A stretch of 64,000 nt of DNA from Alphaproteobacteria bacterium (GTDB lineage: Bacteria > Pseudomonadota > Alphaproteobacteria > Bin95). The translations under genes were made by a program, and so were the position numbers. The stretch is from assembly GCA_964291285.2 (NCBI GenBank), contig OZ219786.1, positions 512,001-576,000 of the forward strand, read 5' to 3'. The number at the start of each line of letters is the position of its first letter. Position 1 is the first letter of the stretch. The notes under the pieces were generated by a model. The model did no database searches. It was given only the letters and a program-made list of their open reading frames with translations, and was not told the DNA's origin. Positions 56,888 through 64,000 of the stretch are shown piece after piece.

Positions 56888-58534
56888 TCAGAGCCCCACA
56901 TCCTCCGGGAAGTATTTCATGGCGCAGCGGAGCGGGTTGGGGGCGGCCTGGCCGAGGCCGCAGATCGAGGCGTCGGCCATGACGGCGGCAAGGTCCTCCA
57001 GCACGCCGCGGTCCCAGGCAGGCTCGGCCATCAGCCGGGCGGCCTTCTCCGTGCCGACCCGGCAGGGGGTACACTGCCCGCAGCTCTCATAGGCGAAGAA
57101 GCGCATCAGGTTGAGCGCCGCCGCGCCCACATCGTCGCCCTCCGCCAGCACGACCACGGCGCCCGAGCCGGTGAAGCAGCCATGCGGCTCCAGCTTGCCG
57201 AAATCGAGCGGGATGTCGGCGAGGCTGGCCGGCAATATGCCGCCCGACGCGCCGCCCGGCAGGTAGGCCTTGAACGCGCAGCCCTCGGCCATGCCGCCGG
57301 AAAACTCCTCGATCAGCTCGCGCGCGGTGACGCCGGCGGGCACGATCTTCACCCCCGGCTCCTTCACCCGCCCGGAGACGGAATAGGCCCGCCAGCCCTT
57401 GCCGCCGTGGCGCCCCGTCTCCGCGAACCAGGCCGCGCCCCGCTCCAGGATCGCGGGCATCCAGTAGAGCGTCTCGACATTGTGGACGAGCGTCGGCCGG
57501 CCGTGCAGGCCCACCTGCGCTACATAGGGCGGGCGGTGGCGCGGCAGGCCGCGCTTGCCCTCGATGCTCTCGATCATCGCCGACTCTTCGCCGCAGATAT
57601 AGGCGCCCGCCCCCCGGCGCAGATGTACCCCGCCGGCCGGTGCAAGCTCGCCGAGCCGTGCGATCTCGGCCGCCAAGATCTCCCGCGCATCGGGATATTC
57701 GTCGCGGAGATAGATGGTGACGGTGTCCGCCTCGACCGCCCAGGCGGCGATCAGCGCGCCTTCCAGCACGGCGCCGGGCGCAGTCTCCAGGAAATGGCGG
57801 TCCTTGAAGGTGCCGGGCTCGCCCTCATCCGCATTGACAGTCAGGTGGCGCGGCTTCGGCCCGGCGCGCACGAAGCCCCATTTGCGCGCACTCGGGAAGC
57901 CCGCGCCGCCCATGCCGCGCAGGCCCGACTCCTCGATTACGCGCGCCACCTCCTCGCGGGTCCGCCGGCCTTCGAGGCAGGCGCGGAATTGCGCGTAACC
58001 GCCTGCCGCCGCCGCCGGAACGGTGTGCTCCGCCTCGTTCGAGACGGCCGCGCGCACCTTCTCCGGCGTCGCTTCGTCCACATGGCCGTGCCCGGCCTCG
58101 ACGACCGGCGCGCGGTCGCAGCGGCCCATGCAGGGGGCGGTGACGACCCGCGCCTCCGGGAAGGCTGCGCGCAGGGAGTCCAGCAGCGCCGGCGCGCCGG
58201 CCAGCTCGCAGGAGAGGCTGTCGCAGACGCGCAGAGTGAGCGCCGGCGGCGGCGCCTCGCCTTCCTTCACCGTGTCCAGATGGGCGTAGAAGGTCGCGAC
58301 CTCCCAGACTTCCGCCATGGCAAGGCGCATCTCTTCCGCCAGCGCCGCCAGGTGCCGGGCGGAGAGGTGCCCGAAACGGCCCTGGACAAGGTGCAGATAT
58401 TCGATCAGGAACTCGCGCCCGCGCGGCGCATCGCCCAGCAGCGCCTGCACCTCCGCCAGCGCCTCCGGCTCGACCTGGCGCCCCTTGGGCTGGGTGCGCC
58501 CGCGACGGCGCTGCTTGACCGCTTCTTCCGGCAC
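56888..58534 (-). CDS. NuoE/NuoF-like fused flavoprotein (NAD-linked formate dehydrogenase beta subunit type)
   Basis: EVATFY, CDSLSC, GLRGMGGAGFP, NADEGEPGTFKDR, YICGEES, SCGQCTPCRVG; start approximate. Confidence 0.85.
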   Translation of the reverse strand: MPEEAVKQRRRGRTQPKGRQVEPEALAEVQALLGDAPRGREFLIEYLHLVQGRFGHLSARHLAALAEEMRLAMAEVWEVATFYAHLDTVKEGEAPPPALTLRVCDSLSCELAGAPALLDSLRAAFPEARVVTAPCMGRCDRAPVVEAGHGHVDEATPEKVRAAVSNEAEHTVPAAAAGGYAQFRACLEGRRTREEVARVIEESGLRGMGGAGFPSARKWGFVRAGPKPRHLTVNADEGEPGTFKDRHFLETAPGAVLEGALIAAWAVEADTVTIYLRDEYPDAREILAAEIARLGELAPAGGVHLRRGAGAYICGEESAMIESIEGKRGLPRHRPPYVAQVGLHGRPTLVHNVETLYWMPAILERGAAWFAETGRHGGKGWRAYSVSGRVKEPGVKIVPAGVTARELIEEFSGGMAEGCAFKAYLPGGASGGILPASLADIPLDFGKLEPHGCFTGSGAVVVLAEGDDVGAAALNLMRFFAYESCGQCTPCRVGTEKAARLMAEPAWDRGVLEDLAAVMADASICGLGQAAPNPLRCAMKYFPEDVGL

Positions 58535-58744
58535 GACCCCCGCATCCTTCCCGCCGACCCGTCGGCCCCGATATACAGGCCGGGGCGCGGCATGCCCATA
58601 GCGCGCCGGCGGGAAAGGGGGAGAGAGGAACCCGCGCAAGCCCCCCAACCGTCGCCCCGCCCCCGCCTGCCCCCGCAAAGGAGCGTGTGAAGGAATCGGA
58701 GCGGCATCCGACCGTGTCGAAACAGAACGAGGACGGACAAACAT

Positions 58745-58873
58745 CGTCACCCCGGACTTGATCCGGGGTCCATCCCTGACCGTCTGCGGTTGCCGCCTCC
58801 GGTGGAGGGCAAGTCAACCGCCGAGGCTGCGGAGAGAGCCGGAGATGGCCCCTGGATCAAGTCCGGGGTGACG
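58745..58873. repeat. REP-like inverted pair CGTCACCCCGGACTTGATCCGGGGTCCATC
   Basis: Arms 58745-58774 and 58844-58873 are near-perfect reverse complements, each internally palindromic. Confidence 0.8.
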
Positions 58874-58908
58874 GTTGTGGGCCATGCCACAGGGCGCACG
58901 GCCGCAAT

Positions 58909-59063
58909 TCCCCTCTCCCCGCTTGCGGGGAGAGGCCGGGGCGACGCAAGAGAGGCCGCCTGCCTCCCTCCGGCCGGTTGCTCAGGATGAGGGACTCCCC
59001 GGCCTCCCCGCGCCCGCCGCCGTCCTTCGATACGCCTCCCTCCGGTCGGCTACTCAGGATGAG
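58909..59063. repeat. Further REP-like palindromes (CCCTCTCCCCGCTTGCGGGGAGAGG; two CTCAGGATGAGG-type units)
   Basis: Hairpin 58910-58935; duplicated CCTCCCTCCGG..CTCAGGATGAGGGA near 58962-58995 and 59035-59066. Confidence 0.65.
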
Positions 59064-59099
59064 GGAATCAGCAGCCCGCGGCAGGGCCTGCCGCCGGCC

Positions 59100-60980
59100 T
59101 CAGCCGATCTCGCCGCCGTCGTCGCGGGTGACGGCGATGACGGTGGAGCGCGGCACGGTCCCGCCGCCGCCGGGGAAATGGCTGCCGCCCTTCTCGCCCG
59201 GATGCTGGAGGCCGACGAACATGGTCCTGCGGTCCATTGACCAGCAGAGCCCCGTCACCTCGCACTCCCTCGGGCCGACAAGGAAACGGTTTATCCCGCC
59301 CGTGTCGGGGTCGGCATAGAGCATCTGGTTGTTGCCCTGGCCGGCGAAACCGCCCTCGTTCGTGTATTTGCCGTCGGTCTGGATCCAGAGGCCGCCCCTG
59401 CTGTCGAACACCAGCCCGTCCGGTGAGTTGAACATGTTGTCCGGGGTGACATTGGCGGAGCCGGCGCGGTCGTCGTCATGCACCGCCGGGTTGCCGGCCA
59501 CCACGAACAGGTCCCACTCGAAGCCGGCGGCCGTGTGGTCGCCGCCCGCAGGCCGCCAGCGCACGATCTGGCCGTATTCGTTGCCGGCGCGCGGGTTGGG
59601 GCCGCCGACCGGGGTCGGGTCGCCGCCCGCGTTCGGCTTCCTGCCGCGGTTCCTGTTGTTGGTGAGGCAGCAATAGACCTCGGCGCGCTTCGGGTGCGCG
59701 GCGACCCACTCCGGGCGGTCCATGGTGGTCGCGCCGACCGCCGAGCCGGCCATGCGCGTCAGCACCGCAATCTCGGCCGCCGAGGCCATGCCGGTCGTCT
59801 CCGGCGTCAGCGCCAGCCACTCGCCGCCGCCGTCCTCGTCGAAGCGCGCCACCGACAGCACGCCCCGGTCCAGCAGGCCGGCATTGTCGCCGCCCTCGAC
59901 ATAGCGGCCTTCCGAGACGAAGCGGTAGAGGAACTCGCCGCGCTTGTCATCGCCCATATAGACGACGACATGCCCGTTGGCGGCCACGACGACCTCGGCG
60001 TTCTCATGCTTGAAGCGGCCGAGCGCGGTGCGCTTCTTCGGCATGGACTCCGGGTCGAGCGGGTCGATCTCGACGACATAGCCCGCCCGGTTCGGCTCGT
60101 TCGGGTGCTTCGAGATGTCGAAGCGCTCGTCCGCGGTGGCCCAGGCATAGCCCCAGTCCTTCAGGCCGACGCCGTAGCGCTTCATCGCATCCGGCACGGC
60201 ATAGCCGGGGTCCGAGGAGGAGAAATAGCCGTTGAAATTCTCCTCGCAGGCCAGATAGGTGCCCCAGGGCGTCCTGCCGTTGCCGCAATTGTTCCAGGTG
60301 CCGAGCGCGGTCGCGCCGGCGGGATCGGCCGCCGTCTTCAGCAGGTCGTGGCCGCGCGCCGGGCCGGTGATCTCCACCGGCGTGTCCGCGGTGATGCGCC
60401 GGTTGAAGGGCGAGTCGACCACCGGCCGCCAGCCGCCGTCCGCCATTTCGATCTCGAAGACGCTGACGCCGTGGCCGGCCTTGCCCTTGCGCACGTCGTC
60501 GGCGGTCTCCGGCAGGCCGGAGGCGCGGTTGCCGTAGATGACCCGCCGGTTCACATATTCGTTGTTGACGGCGAGCACGGTCCTGCCCCCGGCGTCGAAC
60601 GAGGACATGCCGTCATTATTGTCGCCGAAGGCGCGCTCCTGGCTGGCGCCGGTGCCGCGCGTGGCGTGGTCGAACGGCTTGCCGTCGGACCAGAGCGGGT
60701 CGCCCCAGGCGATGACATTGCGCCAGGAGAAGCCCGGCGGCACGGTCACCGTGTCCAGCCCGTTGGCGGCGACGGGCTCGAAGCCGAGGCCGCCCGTGCC
60801 GACCGCATGCGCGGGCCGGAACGCGCCCAGGCCGAAAAAGGCGCCGGCCGCGCCGAGCGCCGCCGCGCCGCCCAGAAAGCGGCGGCGGGAAACCGCGCGC
60901 TCGAAGCCGGTCGGCTCGCCGCGGGGGTCGTTCAGTTCGTCGAATTCGTCGAACGAGAGTTCGCTGGCATGGTCGGGCAT
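59100..60980 (-). CDS. phoX: PhoX-family alkaline phosphatase (DUF839), Tat-exported
   Basis: SRRRFL Tat motif; GDNNDGM, TPWGTYLACEENF, LGRFKHE, MDRPEW, LQHPG. Confidence 0.92.
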   Translation of the reverse strand: MPDHASELSFDEFDELNDPRGEPTGFERAVSRRRFLGGAAALGAAGAFFGLGAFRPAHAVGTGGLGFEPVAANGLDTVTVPPGFSWRNVIAWGDPLWSDGKPFDHATRGTGASQERAFGDNNDGMSSFDAGGRTVLAVNNEYVNRRVIYGNRASGLPETADDVRKGKAGHGVSVFEIEMADGGWRPVVDSPFNRRITADTPVEITGPARGHDLLKTAADPAGATALGTWNNCGNGRTPWGTYLACEENFNGYFSSSDPGYAVPDAMKRYGVGLKDWGYAWATADERFDISKHPNEPNRAGYVVEIDPLDPESMPKKRTALGRFKHENAEVVVAANGHVVVYMGDDKRGEFLYRFVSEGRYVEGGDNAGLLDRGVLSVARFDEDGGGEWLALTPETTGMASAAEIAVLTRMAGSAVGATTMDRPEWVAAHPKRAEVYCCLTNNRNRGRKPNAGGDPTPVGGPNPRAGNEYGQIVRWRPAGGDHTAAGFEWDLFVVAGNPAVHDDDRAGSANVTPDNMFNSPDGLVFDSRGGLWIQTDGKYTNEGGFAGQGNNQMLYADPDTGGINRFLVGPRECEVTGLCWSMDRRTMFVGLQHPGEKGGSHFPGGGGTVPRSTVIAVTRDDGGEIG

Positions 60981-61031
60981 GATGCTCCTCCGGTTCCGTC
61001 GCCATCTGCGGCGGCAACACACCCGACCCGG

Positions 61032-61071
61032 ATTACGGCCCGTTATCGTTTCGATGACAACCGCATGTCGC
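61032..61071 (-). promoter_or_regulatory. Putative Pho box upstream of phoX
   Basis: Minus strand GCGACAT-N4-TTGTCAT-N4-ACGATAA-N4-CCGTAAT: 11-bp period, degenerate CTGTCAT units. Confidence 0.6.
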
Positions 61072-61139
61072 GAACCATCCGCCGCGCCGTCTCGGCCACG
61101 CGGGCGCTACTCGGGAAGAGGGACGGGAGGCCCCTCAAC

Positions 61140-61221
61140 CGTCGCCCCGGACCCCGATCCGGGGCCTTGGGCGGCAGGGGCGGCGTTGCGGGGAGGCCCC
61201 GGATCGGGGTCCGGGGCGACG
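61140..61221. repeat. REP-like inverted pair CGTCGCCCCGGACCCCGATCCGGGGCCT
   Basis: Arms 61140-61167 and 61194-61221 are complementary; variant of the 58745 element; lies right after the HTH gene stop. Confidence 0.8.
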
Positions 61222-61223
61222 CA

Positions 61224-61700
61224 TCAAGTAAGCGGGCGCACTCCCCGGCCCTTATCCCGAGTGGCGCGCCGGCCCTTCCGCTTGCGGCGGAGGCGGAGGT
61301 CGCGCTTCAGGCCGTGGCGCTTCAGGAAGCGATGCACCGTGGAAGCGTCGAACACCAGGCCCTCGGCGGCGAGCGCATCGCGCAGCTCCCGACCGAAAAT
61401 CGCCGGGCGCGCCTTCAGGATGCGGAAAATGCGCTCCCGCTCCTGCTCGATCCGCGAAGCGCTGCCGCCCATCGGATCGGGCCGCACATGGCCGCGCTCG
61501 CGGAAACGCCGCACCCAGAGGCGGACGCTGGATTCCCCGAGGCCGAAATGCCGCGCCGAAGCGGCGGCGGTCATGCCCCGCTCCACCACGGCCGCCACCG
61601 CCGCGCCCCGCAGGTCCACGCCGACCGGGCGGCCCTGCCTCAATTCCGGCAGCCCGCCCGCCGCGCCGCCCTTCGTTTCGCTTGCCGATTTACTCGTCAT
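61224..61700 (-). CDS. IS630 OrfA-like double-HTH protein without DDE domain
   Basis: DLR..V...G...AARHFG...SV..W..R.RE.G and ELRDAL...STVHRFLKRHGL; AGGAGG RBS; no catalytic OrfB downstream. Confidence 0.7.
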   Translation of the reverse strand: MTSKSASETKGGAAGGLPELRQGRPVGVDLRGAAVAAVVERGMTAAASARHFGLGESSVRLWVRRFRERGHVRPDPMGGSASRIEQERERIFRILKARPAIFGRELRDALAAEGLVFDASTVHRFLKRHGLKRDLRLRRKRKGRRATRDKGRGVRPLT

Positions 61701-62028
61701 CGTTCCTCCTGCGCCGCGCTCACGCGGCTTTCATAAACGACTGCACCCCTGCGGCTTCCTTAAACGACCGCGTTGCCGCCGCCGCTTCAACGCCTAACCC
61801 GAATGCAACGCTGCGCCCTGTCCGCTGCCGCCGCACCGTCCTCCGACCGCAAACCTGAGCGCCACAATGCGCCGCGCGCACGCACGTCCCCTGTTCAGCG
61901 CCCCGGAGAAATTGGCCGGCTCCCGTTCCCTGCGGCACGACCGGTGCGGGGCTTGCGCGCGCCGCAGCGGTCCGCCGGATTGTCAGGTCCAGATCATGTC
62001 TCTTTTCGTTTCCCGAAAGGGTAATCAG

Positions 62029-62061
62029 AAACAAATATAGAACATATGCGGACAATGTCAA
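62029..62061 (-). promoter_or_regulatory. Sigma70 promoter overlapped by an alphaproteobacterial LexA box
   Basis: Minus strand TTGACA-16-TATATT; GTTC-N7-GTTT (62043-62029) matches GTTC-N7-GTTC with one mismatch. Confidence 0.6.
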
Positions 62062-62081
62062 GCCCGGAACGGGGCCGGCCT

Positions 62082-63257
62082 TTACATGCCGCCGTCCCGG
62101 CCCTGCGCCGGCGGCCCGGCCTCGCGGACGATCCGCCGCACCGTCTCCGCCGCGCGGAGACTGGGCTGCCCGCCGCCGCCGAGCTTGCCGGCCAGCTCCC
62201 GGAAGGCGGACAGTTGCGCCGCGCGCGCCTCGCCGTCGATGAGCAGAGGCCGGAGCGCCTGCGCCAGCGGCCCCGGGCGGCAGTCCCCCTGGATCAGTTC
62301 CGGCACGACCTGGCGGTCGAGCAGAATGTTGACGGGACAGAACCGGCGCTTGCGGATCAGGGCCCGGCCGACCAGCGCCGTTGCCGTGTTGAGCCGGTAG
62401 GCGGCGACCTGCGGCACGCCGGCGAGCGCGAGTTCGAGCGCGACCGTGCCCGACGCCGCGAGCGCCGCCCGGCTGGCCGCGAAGGCGCCCTGTTTCTCCT
62501 CCTCGCCGAGGGTGACGGCGGCCGGCCATGGCCAGCCCGCCACCATGTCCCGCACCCGGTCGGCCACCGTTCCGACAGTCGGAACCGCCAGATGCAGGCC
62601 GGGAATTTCGCCCGCCAGCCGGTCCAATGTCTTCCGGAACACCGGCAGCAGCCGGCGGACCTCGAACGCCCGGCTCCCCGGCAACACGACCAGGACCGTG
62701 CTTTCCGGCCGGATGCCGTGCCGGGCGCGGAAGGCATCCGCGTCGCCCGCTTCCGCCTCGACCAGCGAATGGCCGACGAATGTCGCCGCGAGGCCCCCGC
62801 GCTCGAACAGCGGCGGCTCGAAGGGCCAGAGCGTCATCAGATGGTCGAAGAGCCCGGCCATGCGGCGCGCGCGGCCGGGCGCCCAGATCCAGACCATCGG
62901 CGCGACGTAATGGATGCGCGCCGCCGGAGAGCCTGCCGCGATCAGGCGCCTCGCAAGGCCCTTGTTGAACCCGCCCGAATCGATGGTGATGACGGCGTCC
63001 GGCCGGAAACGCAGGATGTCGGCGGCGGTCTCGTCCATTCGCCGCAGCAGCCTCCGGGCGCGGGGCAGCACCTCGAAGAGGCCCATCACGGCGGTCTCCG
63101 CCTGCGGGAACAGGCTGGCGACGCCTTCCCCCGCCATGAGTTCGCCGCCGACGCCCGCCGCCTCCACCGGCCCGCCTTCCCGCAAGGCCCGCAGCAGCCG
63201 GGCGCCAAGCGCATCGCCCGACGGCTCGCCCGCGACGATATAGACGCGCAGGGTCAC
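62082..63257 (-). CDS. lpxB: Lipid-A-disaccharide synthase
   Basis: AGEPSGD.LG, HYVAPMVWIW, FVGH, LPGSR, ASGTVALE, PELIQ. Confidence 0.95.
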   Translation of the reverse strand: MTLRVYIVAGEPSGDALGARLLRALREGGPVEAAGVGGELMAGEGVASLFPQAETAVMGLFEVLPRARRLLRRMDETAADILRFRPDAVITIDSGGFNKGLARRLIAAGSPAARIHYVAPMVWIWAPGRARRMAGLFDHLMTLWPFEPPLFERGGLAATFVGHSLVEAEAGDADAFRARHGIRPESTVLVVLPGSRAFEVRRLLPVFRKTLDRLAGEIPGLHLAVPTVGTVADRVRDMVAGWPWPAAVTLGEEEKQGAFAASRAALAASGTVALELALAGVPQVAAYRLNTATALVGRALIRKRRFCPVNILLDRQVVPELIQGDCRPGPLAQALRPLLIDGEARAAQLSAFRELAGKLGGGGQPSLRAAETVRRIVREAGPPAQGRDGGM

Positions 63258-63635
63258 GATGCCCGGCCTCCCGCCGGGGCTTGCAGACCGTTGATCGGAA
63301 ACCGTGCCGACAGCCGCCGGAAACCCCCTCCCGCGCTTGCGGAGGAAACCGGCCGGCTTGCCTGCGGCGCGCCGCGTTCGCCGTCCCCTTCGGCAAGCTC
63401 AGGGCAGGCTCTTTCGTCACCCCGGCCCCCGCCGTCCGCAGCCGGCGCCGAACGGGAGGGAGGCATACGGGAACGTCCCCTCGCAAGAGCGCTGCATTGC
63501 GCATCCCGATATCGCGGGGGCGGCAAAAGCGGCGCGGCAGAAGCTGAAATGGCGCTCTGCAAGACCTTTTCCCCCGGCAGGCTGGACGAAGCGGCGGGGC
63601 CGTGCCCTAATGCGGCATCGGCAGCGGGGAGGAAC

Positions 63636-64000
63636 ATGTCGGGTCTGGCGCGCATGGTGGGGCAGCGGCTGGCGCTCGGCGTCTTCACGCTTCTGGTCGT
63701 GAGCATAATCATTTTTGCGGCCATCGAAGCGCTGCCCGGCGACTTCGCCCAGGCGATCCTGGGCCAGGGCGCGACTCCCGAAGCGGTCGCCGCGATCCGC
63801 GAGAGCCTCGGCATGGACCGCTCAGCGGTCGAACGCTACCTGGCATGGCTCGGCGGCGTGTTCAGCGGCGATTTCGGCGTCAGTTTCAGCCAGTTGAGCT
63901 TCCAGTCCCAATACGGCCGGACCGGCGAGCGCGATATCGTGACCGTCGCCGACCAGCTGGCGCCCCGCTTTGCGAACACCATCTTCCTGGCGGCCACGGC
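63636..64000 (+). CDS. Peptide/nickel ABC transporter permease (DppB/OppB-like), partial
   Basis: GGAGG RBS; RLALGVFTLLVVSIIIF..LPGD.A..ILG..LG.DR..RYL.W..GDFGVS; runs off the window. Confidence 0.85.
   Translation, partial: MSGLARMVGQRLALGVFTLLVVSIIIFAAIEALPGDFAQAILGQGATPEAVAAIRESLGMDRSAVERYLAWLGGVFSGDFGVSFSQLSFQSQYGRTGERDIVTVADQLAPRFANTIFLAAT

Noticed and set aside
1-64000. tRNA or rRNA genes, integrase and att site
   Set aside because: None recognised by eye; a tRNAscan or Rfam run would be needed to exclude them.

Overview
High-GC alphaproteobacterial chromosome segment. A Rhodospirillales-like, possibly host- or sponge-associated origin is an inference. (1) 1-21.4 kb: one minus-strand, mostly translationally coupled type IVb pilus locus with PilN secretin, PilO, PilP, PilQ ATPase, PilR, two tandem PilS pilins, two PilV-like minor pilins, an A24 peptidase, two TcpQ-domain proteins and a DotD/TraH lipoprotein. 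It carries unusual embedded cargo: a secreted protein with an FrpC-type self-processing-like module, a GNAT acyltransferase, a fatty-acid desaturase, an unknown lipoprotein, a nuclease/beta-barrel lipoprotein bracketed by a 48-bp direct repeat, and an antisense DUF1640-like gene. The pilins have a non-canonical xxP(V/L)G N-terminus, the two major pilins appear leaderless, and they differ mainly by an Arg-rich versus neutral D-region. (2) 21.5-25.4 kb: AT-rich leader, an orphan type I-E cas8e truncated by a DUF4338-ISAs1 element, and a 206-bp tandem duplication; no CRISPR array. (3) 25.5-33.3 kb: Liv-type ABC importer plus LLM monooxygenase, separated from its upstream region by a complete IS1634. 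(4) 33.7-51.4 kb: canonical dcw cluster mraZ to ftsZ. (5) 51.4-64 kb: serB, miaA, cupin, GPP34, GFA, ettA, a mini DUF1640-like ORF, a NuoE/F-like flavoprotein, REP-like palindromes, phoX with a Pho box, an IS630-OrfA-like HTH gene behind a LexA-box promoter, lpxB and a partial ABC permease. All product calls come from motif recognition by eye; no database searches were run.
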